This document shows, piece after piece, positions 20,768 to 29,156 of a stretch of 64,000 bases of DNA. A model generated the notes under the pieces. That model made no database searches, had not been told where the DNA came from, and saw only the letters and a program-made list of their open reading frames with translations. Positions within the stretch are counted from its first letter, which is position 1, and each line of letters begins with the position of its first letter. The DNA comes from 'Osedax' symbiont bacterium Rs2_46_30_T18. GTDB lineage: Bacteria; Pseudomonadota; Gammaproteobacteria; Pseudomonadales; Balneatricaceae. The DNA lies in assembly GCA_002163025.1 (NCBI GenBank), contig MABF01000273.1, forward strand, positions 4,456 to 68,455, written 5' to 3'. A program made the translations under genes and the position numbers.

Positions 20768-20784
20768 TTCCGCGAAGCCCAGAA

Positions 20785-21471
20785 TTAAAAGACGATCCGC
20801 TTCCATTTAGTCTTGTCTGAGACAGGCCCCATATTATAACCATCCGGAGCACCTTTGGGTCCCTCCATAGTGACAACTATTTCACAGTTCAACAATCTTT
20901 CAGCCCAGCTCGGCTCGAAAGGTATAACCTTTGTGCCGGTGGCCGGCAAGAATCCAAGCGACATTGGCTCGTGCCCCTCCTCCATCAACCAGAGTTCATA
21001 AAAAGTATTCTCAGGCATGGCGACCGGGTGCTTTGATTCAATCACCAATTGACGTTTTTGCATTGAAGTATTAATAACCCAACCCGGCTCTTGTTGCGCA
21101 TTGGCAATCAGAGGAACCCAGGCGTTTTGCACTACATTAGTAGGTTGCGGCCACTGCAAAAACAATCCCACCGATAACATTAGCGCCAGCGAGAAGCCGA
21201 ACAATGATTGCCAGGACCAGACACTACCACTGGAAACTTTGGTGCGCTTATTAATCACTTTCCAAACACTGGCCGGCGGCCTAACGGGAGCAAGACTGGT
21301 ATTTAACACATCCAGATACTCACGCCACTGCTCAACCTCTTGTTGCAGGTCGTGACTGACAGCCATCAACGCTTCGACTCTGGCTTTTTCGCTCTGGCTT
21401 AAACAGCCTAAAGCATACTCAGCAGCCGCTTGATTGCGCTGGTCAATGTCACTTAAATCGAATTCATGCAT
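20785..21471 (-). CDS. Anti-sigma factor with an N-terminal anti-sigma domain, one TM segment and an RskA-type periplasmic domain
   Basis: The N-terminus has AAEYALGCLSQSEKARVEALMAVSHDLQQEVEQW. The TM segment is SLFGFSLALMLSVGLFLQW. The C-terminal domain has YELWLMEEGHEPMSLGF...VTMEGPKGAP, typical of RskA-like anti-sigma factors. I chose the ATG at 21471, which overlaps the 3' end of the sigma gene. Confidence 0.8.
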   Translation of the reverse strand: MHEFDLSDIDQRNQAAAEYALGCLSQSEKARVEALMAVSHDLQQEVEQWREYLDVLNTSLAPVRPPASVWKVINKRTKVSSGSVWSWQSLFGFSLALMLSVGLFLQWPQPTNVVQNAWVPLIANAQQEPGWVINTSMQKRQLVIESKHPVAMPENTFYELWLMEEGHEPMSLGFLPATGTKVIPFEPSWAERLLNCEIVVTMEGPKGAPDGYNMGPVSDKTKWKRIVF

Positions 21472-22028
21472 TTTCGCAACCTCTCTAACCCTCGTCGGAT
21501 CCAAGTTTTAACGGTTCCCAGGGAAGTGCCTGTTCGATCCGATAAAGCTTGGTGGGTTAAACCTTCAAAGAAGGCCATCTCTAAATATATTTTTTGCTGT
21601 TCCGGAAGCTCAGCCAGACATAAATGCATCGCTGCACTGTCTTGAGACAGTGCTACATGCTGCTCATGAGACGGTGCATCATCGGCGATAAACTCTAGTG
21701 CATCATCGCTATCATGTTGATCACTGTGCTTATTTTTTCTAAGAATATCTAGCGCTTGATTCCGGGTGATAGTATTTAACCAAGTTTGAGCTTTTGCTTT
21801 AGAGGCATCATATTTGTCTGCATTGTTCCACACTTTATAGAATACTTGCTGCAAACAATCCTCTGAGAGCGCCCTGTCTTTTAATATACGCAGTGCCACA
21901 CTGAATAGATTCGCCGAACATAAATCATATAGCTGCTTTAATGCTTTATGCTTTCCATCGGCGCAATCAAGCAAACACTGCTGTAGTTGCGCCTGTTTAT
22001 CTGTGTTATTGCCACTCAAAAATGACAT
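21453..22028 (-). CDS. ECF (group IV) sigma-70 family RNA polymerase sigma factor
   Basis: The region 2 motif is FYKVWNNADKYD...TWLNTITRNQALDILRK. Region 4 is LPEQQKIYLEMAFFEGLTHQALSDRTGTSLGTVKTWIRRGLERLR. I prefer the ATG at 22028; the ORF-track start at 22052 is a TTG. Confidence 0.85.
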   Translation of the reverse strand: MSFLSGNNTDKQAQLQQCLLDCADGKHKALKQLYDLCSANLFSVALRILKDRALSEDCLQQVFYKVWNNADKYDASKAKAQTWLNTITRNQALDILRKNKHSDQHDSDDALEFIADDAPSHEQHVALSQDSAAMHLCLAELPEQQKIYLEMAFFEGLTHQALSDRTGTSLGTVKTWIRRGLERLRKCMNSI

Positions 22029-22233
22029 AAAATAAAGTAATCCTATCAACAAAAAATAATACGTAAAAAGGATCTACACAGTAATATAAAAGCTCAACTG
22101 AATAAAGTAATAGCCGATAAATTCCAAACTATTAATAAGTTACTACCTAGCAACAGCTATTTTTTTACTTTGAACAACCCGCGTCGTTCAATTTACAACC
22201 AGCTATAAACTATGCACTGGTTGCCATGGCATA

Positions 22234-22683
22234 CTAGCGCGAAAAATATGCACGCAAATAGTTATCTACTGAGAGCTTTCCTGGGCCCCACAAGACACTG
22301 ACTAATAACATCATTCCCCACAGCTGGTGATCATAGAAACCATTACCCCAGATAACCGGATAGGATATAACTGCCACTATATTAAACAAAAATAACCCCA
22401 GTGCGGTTGCCCGAGTCAAAACCCCCAACAGCAACAACGGCGGTAACAAAAGCTCGACTGCAGTGCCTAAATACGCTGCGACTTCGTAGTGAAGAAACGG
22501 CACTTGATACTCTTCTTCAAACAAGTATAACGTTGAATCCCAACTGGCGAATTTAAGTTGTCCCGCTTTAAAAAAAGCCATTGCTGGCACTATACGCACA
22601 GCGAACAGAACAACAGGTGCCAGCCACTTCAGGCTAAGGTTAACAGCACAATCATAGCGGTCTAATAATTTTTCGATCATCAT
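22234..22683 (-). CDS. DoxX family inner-membrane protein, fourth gene of the bufferin-type cluster
   Basis: Four hydrophobic helices. FFKAGQLKFASWDSTLYLFEEEYQVPFL is typical of DoxX proteins linked to DUF692/DUF2063. It overlaps the upstream gene by 4 nt. Confidence 0.8.
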   Translation of the reverse strand: MMIEKLLDRYDCAVNLSLKWLAPVVLFAVRIVPAMAFFKAGQLKFASWDSTLYLFEEEYQVPFLHYEVAAYLGTAVELLLPPLLLLGVLTRATALGLFLFNIVAVISYPVIWGNGFYDHQLWGMMLLVSVLWGPGKLSVDNYLRAYFSR

Positions 22684-23429
22684 TCATCTCCTGTGGTAAA
22701 ACCATTAATCACAGTATTGCCAATAAAATAGTTTAATTGTTGTTGAAAATCGGCGATTTCAGCTAGCTGATCAAGTGTATCCCCTCTCGACACCGCCAGT
22801 AGAAACTCATATTGTGCTGCACTAAGACTGTAATATAGTGCACCCTCATCTTGCTGACTGGGATGCAATATCAAATATTCAGCCGATTGCATATCCACAC
22901 CTTCTAAACACTGCTTTCTCACTCCCTGCCAGATAGACAACAGCGGGTAATCGGAGGCTATCAGCAAAGTTTCCGCAGGTATTTGAAAGCGAAGCTTTGA
23001 TTGCTGCTGCTCACTTAATAAGCCTAGCTCGGCAAAGGGAAAGCTGGCTATTTCAACGACTGCTTTAGCGCGATCAAACCCCCAATCCAGTGCTGCTACT
23101 CCCGCTAGATAGGGCAGCTCACGAGTTTGTTCTACACTATCAATGAACGGAGAAAACCCAGCACCATACAGCTCAATATTTGCATTCACTAACGGCCGCT
23201 GAATAATGAAAGCCTTTGCCAGTTGCTCAAAAAACTCTTCGCCAACCAGTGCAAATACACTGGGAAAACAGCCTTTTAGATAGTCAGTTAAACTGACGTA
23301 AAAATTATTTCGGTACAAGCTCATCAACTGCTCTACCGGCAGTGGACCAGTGATATTGAGTGCCGACAAATCCACCGGTTGGTGCAGTAAGTGTCGACTG
23401 AACTGCGCTTGTAAATCCGCTAACTTCAA
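22680..23429 (-). CDS. DUF2063 family protein (BufC-like partner of the MNIO enzyme)
   Basis: LADLQAQFSRHLL...LYRNNFYVSLTDYLKGCFP is the conserved DUF2063 N-terminus. It overlaps both neighbours by 4 nt, suggesting translational coupling. Confidence 0.8.
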   Translation of the reverse strand: MKLADLQAQFSRHLLHQPVDLSALNITGPLPVEQLMSLYRNNFYVSLTDYLKGCFPSVFALVGEEFFEQLAKAFIIQRPLVNANIELYGAGFSPFIDSVEQTRELPYLAGVAALDWGFDRAKAVVEIASFPFAELGLLSEQQQSKLRFQIPAETLLIASDYPLLSIWQGVRKQCLEGVDMQSAEYLILHPSQQDEGALYYSLSAAQYEFLLAVSRGDTLDQLAEIADFQQQLNYFIGNTVINGFTTGDE

Positions 23430-24310
23430 GGTAATTGCTCCTTGCTAACAACGCCCTGCTGGTGTTGTTTTGCTAACTCTGCCTGAGACAACAGCTCCTC
23501 TAAGGCAGGGATATCAGAATCCCATTCAATCAGTGCAGGTGCGCTGCAGCGGTGCCGAAAATCACGGAACAACTGCCAGACAGCTTTCGATACTCTGCTA
23601 CCGTGGGTATCTATTAATATTTCACCATTTTCTAACTGCCTGCGGGTAAAGCCGGCCAAGTGAATTTCTTGCACTGCAGCGATGTCAATTTGTTGTAAAT
23701 ACACTTTAGCGTCCAGGCCAAGATTAATACTGTTCACATAAATATTGTTCAAATCCAATAACAGACCACAATGACAGCGCCTGTGGATTTCGTTGAGAAA
23801 CTCCCACTCCTGCATACTGCTATCGCTAAAAGCAAGGTAAGTGGTTGGGTTTTCTACCAGCAGCGCCCGGCCAAGAAAATCCTGGACCTGATTGAGCCGA
23901 TCACAAAAGATACCCAAACTCTCCTCAGTGTAAGGAACCGGCAGTAAATCATTAAAATACCGCGAGTTGCTCGAACTCCAACTTAAATGTTCAGAGATAA
24001 GTGCTGGCTGATAGCAGTCGATTAACGCCTTCATTTGCTGAAGATGCTGTTTGTTCAGCGGATCAGTAGATCCCAGAGACAGACCTATACCGTGAAAGCT
24101 CAAAGGGTAATCCAATGCCAACTGATCCAGTACTTGGCGTTGAGCGCTTGATTGATTAAAAAAGTTTTCGCTGTGCACTTCTAGCCAATCTATTTGCGGT
24201 CGCTCTGCTAACATTTGCTGGTAATGTGGCGATCTTAAACCTATGCCTATCGCATTTTTGGAGATTGATTGACTTTGGGAGTTTTCTACACGAGAGCTAG
24301 CTTGAGTCAT
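23426..24310 (-). CDS. DUF692 / MNIO (multinuclear non-heme iron oxidative) family RiPP maturase (BufB-like)
   Basis: IGIGLRSPHYQQML...IDWLEVHSENFF...FHGIGLSLGS...ISEHLSW...VENP...EIHLAGF...IDTHG is the UPF0276/MbnB-TglH-ChrH TIM-barrel pattern, with the metal-ligand His, Asp and Glu residues present. Confidence 0.85.
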   Translation of the reverse strand: MTQASSRVENSQSQSISKNAIGIGLRSPHYQQMLAERPQIDWLEVHSENFFNQSSAQRQVLDQLALDYPLSFHGIGLSLGSTDPLNKQHLQQMKALIDCYQPALISEHLSWSSSNSRYFNDLLPVPYTEESLGIFCDRLNQVQDFLGRALLVENPTTYLAFSDSSMQEWEFLNEIHRRCHCGLLLDLNNIYVNSINLGLDAKVYLQQIDIAAVQEIHLAGFTRRQLENGEILIDTHGSRVSKAVWQLFRDFRHRCSAPALIEWDSDIPALEELLSQAELAKQHQQGVVSKEQLP

Positions 24311-24418
24311 ATGAATGAGCTGCCGTTAATTAATACAATATACTGCATTGTGATACTGGCATGATAAAGATTATCCAGATGCCTCTGCGATCTACACTAC
24401 TTGACAGACTAAGGGTTA

Positions 24419-24459
24419 GCTTTACACTTTAAAGCTCATAAAAAGATAAAGTGTAAAGC
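24419..24459 (-). other. Perfect 13-bp stem-loop in the precursor-maturase intergenic spacer
   Basis: GCTTTACACTTTA (24419-24431), a 15-nt loop, then TAAAGTGTAAAGC (24447-24459). No U-tract follows on the minus strand. Confidence 0.6.
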
Positions 24460-24529
24460 TGTAAAACCAAAGCGACTGAAAAATCATCATCCCCTTGGCC
24501 TAAACCGCTCAAGCCTCTGCAAACAAAGA

Positions 24530-24790
24530 TTAAGCTTTAGGTTTAAGGCTACCACCGGCAAGCTTTTCACAAAGCCCTTTTGCAACAGCAATAAAAGCAT
24601 CACCTTGATTATCAACTTTGGAAGTACCAGCACAAGAACTGTTATTAGTTGCACAATCATTCTGACCGGCAGCGGCTACGCCGTAACATCTTTCTTTACT
24701 TCCCGCCATTGCTGGAGCGGAAATCATAGTTGCACCCATTGCGATAATTCCTGTAATCGCTGTTGCAGCTGCTAAGTTTGTCTTTGACAT
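24530..24790 (-). CDS. DUF2282 / BufA1-type secreted RiPP precursor (bufferin-like metallophore peptide)
   Basis: A Sec signal peptide (…[16 protein letters not shown]|GS) is followed by [50 protein letters not shown], with four Cys at the spacing typical of DUF2282. I chose the ATG at 24790, 8 nt after AGGA; the ORF track begins at a TTG at 24796. Confidence 0.8.
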   Translation of the reverse strand: MSKTNLAAATAITGIIAMGATMISAPAMAGSKERCYGVAAAGQNDCATNNSSCAGTSKVDNQGDAFIAVAKGLCEKLAGGSLKPKA

Positions 24791-25004
24791 AATCAAGTTC
24801 CTATAAATTTACAGTTGTTTGGGCTTATTTGGATAACGCACCCGCTTGGTTTTGGACAGTTGGAAAAGCAACATTTTTGCACTTAACCATCCGTTCCTTA
24901 ATTTATACGCTAGCTTAAATATTATAGATTCAATTATTTGCGATTATTTATAAATGGCCTAGCAAATGAGACAATTATATTTTTCACCGCTTATACTGCA
25001 AGTT

Positions 25005-25868
25005 TTATCCGGCCGGTGCAGCACTAATAGCCTTGGATATAGCGATAGCTCCTGACTCTTGCATATGTAAGTGATGGTTGCCAGTGAAGGTATCTATCTG
25101 AATTTTTTGCAATTGCTGAATATAGAGCTGCCACTGTTCACTCAGAAGCCCCTCTTGCGCTAAGAAGAGGTGCACTTTTGCTTCGACTGTGTGCAAAAAG
25201 CTCATAATCTGCTCTGGACACATCCTGTTGATAGAGGGGAGTAGTAAAGCGGGATCATTACTCCAGATAAATTCACCTTCCTGCTCCAGGCTACCCCGCT
25301 CGACCAGTAGCTGTGCAGCGCGCTCGGACACTGGAAACCTGGCGTTCATACGCGCCTTTATTAACGCATCTACACTCGGATAGCGCTTTGGCGTTTTCGG
25401 CACAGTGCGTACTCTTTTTCGTATAGCTGACGCCATCAATGCAGGCAATTGCTGTACATCATAGTGCAACGGCGCTATTCCCTCGATTAAATAGAGCTTT
25501 TCGACTTTAGACGGGAAACTGGCCGCAAACAGCATGGCGATGCTAGCTCCCATAGAGTGGCCAATAACATCAACGCTATGCAACTTTAATTGCTGCATCG
25601 CAAGGTATACTTCTGTGACATTATCCCAAATATAATAAGGAGTGGTAGCGCACCGATGGGCTGATTTACCATGGCCGATAAAATCCAGAGCAATCAGGTA
25701 GCGATTGGGCAGCTGTTCAGCGAGCAGAGCAAAGCTTGCAGCATTATCTAACCAGCCGTGTAAAGCTAACATTGGCGGGTGGCGGCTGTCCCCGTAAGCG
25801 ACCCCTGTCATTTTTATGCCATTGATATTCAGTGTAAAATCTTTTTTTCTATTCAATGTATTAACCAT
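25005..25868 (-). CDS. Alpha/beta-fold hydrolase
   Basis: It has the oxyanion HGW motif (LALHGWLDNA), the nucleophile elbow GHSMGA and a C-terminal His (GNHHLHM). Confidence 0.8.
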   Translation of the reverse strand: MVNTLNRKKDFTLNINGIKMTGVAYGDSRHPPMLALHGWLDNAASFALLAEQLPNRYLIALDFIGHGKSAHRCATTPYYIWDNVTEVYLAMQQLKLHSVDVIGHSMGASIAMLFAASFPSKVEKLYLIEGIAPLHYDVQQLPALMASAIRKRVRTVPKTPKRYPSVDALIKARMNARFPVSERAAQLLVERGSLEQEGEFIWSNDPALLLPSINRMCPEQIMSFLHTVEAKVHLFLAQEGLLSEQWQLYIQQLQKIQIDTFTGNHHLHMQESGAIAISKAISAAPAG

Positions 25869-25922
25869 TTATCTTACAATTAAACTCTGTAAACCCAGCT
25901 TATTAATTGGACGCCAATATTT

Positions 25923-27686
25923 ATGTATAAAGCGCAGCAACGACTAGCCATGTTATTTACTCTATTGATTTCAAGCGTTTTTATTTTAGCACCTTTCTAT
26001 TCGCAGCATAGCCCCGGTGGCGAAGGGCTAAACATCCCCTACAACAGTGTAGTGTGGCTGGCGGCTATAGTGTGCATATGTGCAGCGAGCTTTCAAATAC
26101 TGCTGAAAACAACATTGGTATTGCCAAGATACTGGTTGGCAATGGCTGCACTGCCCATAGGCCTGCTTATCAGCGGCTTTATCGTCGAGACAATTCTACC
26201 TACCCAGTGGTTATTTAGAATTGGCTATGTTCTAGGTGGGTTCTTATTTTTTATCGCCCTGTTTCAATTTCAACTTAAAAGACGGCACCTGGAAAACATT
26301 CTCTATAGCCTTTGTTTGGCCGCGACAATACACAGTTTGATTGCCTTTACCCAGACCATGGGCTGGCATTTTACCTCTTTAATACCGCGCACCGCTTCCA
26401 ATGCTCCTATCAGTATATTCCAGCAAGTAAACGTACATGCCAGCTACTTAGTCACAGGTTTCTTACTGGCCCTATATCTAGCTACATGCCCATCAATAAA
26501 GAGCCGTCACTGGGTATTTAAACTGATTTTAATCGCCACTGTGCTGTGCACTATAACGATGCTGCTAAATATAAGCTCAAGAGCCTCGCTGGTTGCTTTC
26601 GCCGTTGCGACACCGTTGCTTATCATAGCCAGATATCAAGCTTTTTGTGCCCAGCGGCGTTTCAGTACAGTGTTAATCGCAGCCTTTATTTTCGGCGTGC
26701 TGGCAGGAAGCATCCAATTTGATGGTGTGGCCAAGTACGAAACCAAAGTCGATAGCCAACGAGTACATGCCAGAACCTATATATATGACCTATCATGGCA
26801 AATTTTCCAGAAAAAACCCGTTTTTGGCCACGGTCTCGGCAGTTTCAAGCAAGTGTTTCAAGAGGCCAAAATTGATTACCCGCACAGTGATAAGTTGGGG
26901 CCTGCCCCCTATACCCACCCGCATAATGAATTGCTGTTCTGGTTAATTGAAAGCGGCATAATTTCACTGCTGGGCATTATCATCGCTCTGGCGGCTACTG
27001 TAGTTGCCATGCTAAAACTGGGCTGGCGAAGGGGGCTGAGCTATTTTGCTCTGTTATTTCCAATCAGCTTTCACAGTCAGGTAGAACTGCCGTTTTATCA
27101 CTCTTCAGCGCTGTGGTTTTTATGGGTATTTTTTCTGTTTATGGTTCACAAGCACAGAGTCAGAGACACCCCAGTACTGCTCTCCGCTGCTGCAGATAAG
27201 CTGCTTAAGGGATGCACTGCTATTAGCTGTATCGGTTTAATCACTTTTTTCCTTCACAGCTTAATTTCACTCTCGGGACTCGTACACTTCATCTATGGCG
27301 GAAAAACGGATTACAATTACTTGCGAGTTGCGAGCAATAACCTTTACTACCAAGACTTAGCCTATAATGTCAGCCTTACTCGGGGTCTTTATATAGACAT
27401 AGCCCTAGGTGAGCAAAAGCGCAGTGTAAATTATATCGACTGGGCAGAAGCTGAATTAGTGAAACACCCAACCCCTTCCACTATCAACAATCTCGCTTTG
27501 GCCTATGTATATACACAGCAACCCAAACTGGCGCTAGCACTGATGGAAAAAGCCGTTAAAATGTACCCGGTAACTAAGGAGATAATCCAGCGCTATCAAG
27601 AAGTTCAGCAGGGGCTGGGCATAGCCGATTTTATGAGGAACATACAGAGCGCCGCTGGGCGCAACCAGGACCAGGCCAGGCCATGA
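25923..27686 (+). CDS. Wzy_C-domain O-antigen ligase / PglL-like O-oligosaccharyltransferase family membrane protein
   Basis: Polytopic membrane protein with a periplasmic loop GHGLGSFKQVF...PHNELLFWLIESGI (Wzy_C signature). The soluble C-terminal tail is TPR-like. Confidence 0.7.
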   Translation: MYKAQQRLAMLFTLLISSVFILAPFYSQHSPGGEGLNIPYNSVVWLAAIVCICAASFQILLKTTLVLPRYWLAMAALPIGLLISGFIVETILPTQWLFRIGYVLGGFLFFIALFQFQLKRRHLENILYSLCLAATIHSLIAFTQTMGWHFTSLIPRTASNAPISIFQQVNVHASYLVTGFLLALYLATCPSIKSRHWVFKLILIATVLCTITMLLNISSRASLVAFAVATPLLIIARYQAFCAQRRFSTVLIAAFIFGVLAGSIQFDGVAKYETKVDSQRVHARTYIYDLSWQIFQKKPVFGHGLGSFKQVFQEAKIDYPHSDKLGPAPYTHPHNELLFWLIESGIISLLGIIIALAATVVAMLKLGWRRGLSYFALLFPISFHSQVELPFYHSSALWFLWVFFLFMVHKHRVRDTPVLLSAAADKLLKGCTAISCIGLITFFLHSLISLSGLVHFIYGGKTDYNYLRVASNNLYYQDLAYNVSLTRGLYIDIALGEQKRSVNYIDWAEAELVKHPTPSTINNLALAYVYTQQPKLALALMEKAVKMYPVTKEIIQRYQEVQQGLGIADFMRNIQSAAGRNQDQARP

Positions 27687-28086
27687 TGTAAGAGTACACT
27701 GAGCCTGGAACAACAGGCTCTGGGTAGCGTAAATCACCTTGCTCTAATAGACTGATTAAGTTGCCAATCAGAGGCTGATGAGTCACTACCAGCAAGTTAT
27801 CACACCAGTGCCTTTCAATTGCCGCAAGCGCCTGCTGCGATGAAGTTTCGGGGGTCAAATCGTCTTCATACTCAATATCAACACCTTCAAGGTGTTGGCT
27901 GATAAGCAGAGCCGTCTGTCTGGTCCGTAGATAGGGACTGCAAATAACTTTCTGCACAGGACTGAATAATGCCCGTTGATTCCCAGCGAGCAAGGTCAGC
28001 TGTGCCTTTCCCGCTGCAGTTAGCTCGCGCTCAGAATCTGTGGCAGCACCCCAACCTGCCTCTGCATGGCGCATTAAATGAAACAT
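27631..28086 (-). CDS. sixA: Phosphohistidine phosphatase SixA
   Basis: LMRHAEA (the RHG-family catalytic His), ...SPYLRTRQTA...VVTHQP. Its 3' end overlaps the convergent ligase gene by 56 nt. Confidence 0.7.
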   Translation of the reverse strand: MFHLMRHAEAGWGAATDSERELTAAGKAQLTLLAGNQRALFSPVQKVICSPYLRTRQTALLISQHLEGVDIEYEDDLTPETSSQQALAAIERHWCDNLLVVTHQPLIGNLISLLEQGDLRYPEPVVPGSVYSYIMAWPGPGCAQRRSVCSS

Positions 28087-28124
28087 ACCACTACTCCCTG
28101 AAAGATTACTCTGGTTATGTAAAT

Positions 28125-29156
28125 CTATCGCGGCAATACAAATTCCACGTCGGAACTTTGCTCACTGAGCATCATACTCTTGGCGACCTCACTGGGAGCA
28201 GCACCTTCATATACTACTTGGTACAACCCTTGCAGCAGAGGCATGTATACATCCAGCTGCTGGCATTTATCTCTGACAATCCGCAAAGTATTAACGCCTT
28301 CTGCCACTTGCCCAAGTTCGGCCACAGCTTCATCTAAGCTCTGCCCCGAGCCCAGTGCATAACCTACTCTATAGTTACGACTCAAGGGCGACATACAAGT
28401 AGCCACCAGATCACCGACTCCAGCCAGCCCTAGAAAAGTCATAGGGTTAGCACCCATACTGACAGCGAAGCGGCTCATCTCAGCAAGTGCCCGGGTCAAT
28501 AACATACTGCGGGTATTCTCCCCCATCCCCATTGCCGCACTGAGGCCGGATGCTATGGCGTAAATATTTTTTAGCACCCCACCTAATTCGACGCCGTATA
28601 TATCATCACTGGCATATACGCGAAAGTACGCCTGATGCAAAAGTTTCTGCACTGTATCTCGCACCTGTGAATCGGTGCTGGCAATCACGGTCGCTGTCAG
28701 CTGTCTCTGGGCAAGCTCCTTAGCAAAATTGGGCCCACTAATCACCCCGACACTGGCATGCGGAAGTTCTTGTGTCGCGATTTGACTCATCATTTTAAAA
28801 TTGGGGTGCTCAATACCTTTTGTGGTACTGATGACTTTTATGTGCTCTGGCAGGTAGGGCGCAGCCATTTTTAACACGGAGCGGAAATGTGCGCTGGGAA
28901 TAGAGACAAACAACAGCTCGATATCCTGTAGAGCAGCCGCTAGATCCGTGTAGGCAGTCAATGTCGGGGCTAGGATATAGCCTGGCAGGTAACGACTGTT
29001 CTCGCGAGTGCTGGCTATTTCTGCAGCGGCGCTTTCGCTGCGCATCCACTGGCGTACATCATGACCTTTCTCGGCCATGATATTGGCGATCACAGTACCA
29101 AAACTTCCCCCGCCCAAGACCGCGATTTTCATCATACTCTCACTCATTTTTAACAA
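28125..29156 (-). CDS. gpsA: NAD(P)H-dependent glycerol-3-phosphate dehydrogenase
   Basis: [13 protein letters not shown] Rossmann motif, SGPNFAKE and [10 protein letters not shown] are present. The true start is probably the MKIAV methionine at 29132. Confidence 0.9.
   Translation of the reverse strand: MLKMSESMMKIAVLGGGSFGTVIANIMAEKGHDVRQWMRSESAAAEIASTRENSRYLPGYILAPTLTAYTDLAAALQDIELLFVSIPSAHFRSVLKMAAPYLPEHIKVISTTKGIEHPNFKMMSQIATQELPHASVGVISGPNFAKELAQRQLTATVIASTDSQVRDTVQKLLHQAYFRVYASDDIYGVELGGVLKNIYAIASGLSAAMGMGENTRSMLLTRALAEMSRFAVSMGANPMTFLGLAGVGDLVATCMSPLSRNYRVGYALGSGQSLDEAVAELGQVAEGVNTLRIVRDKCQQLDVYMPLLQGLYQVVYEGAAPSEVAKSMMLSEQSSDVEFVLPR

Noticed and set aside
20730-20790. GGAAGCAGG string on the minus strand, reminiscent of the conserved SRP (4.5S) RNA domain IV
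   Set aside because: The flanking sequence lacks the rest of the SRP motif (GGUCAGGUCCGGAAGGAAGCAGCC...) and the long closing helix. The resemblance is only a few nucleotides.
24422-24490. 22-codon hydrophobic micro-ORF (MMIFQSLWFYSFTLYLFMSFKV) in the precursor-maturase spacer, minus strand
   Set aside because: Its 3' half is simply one arm and the loop of the 13-bp hairpin. The G-rich tract abuts the ATG with no proper spacing. It is more simply explained as RNA structure than as a second peptide.
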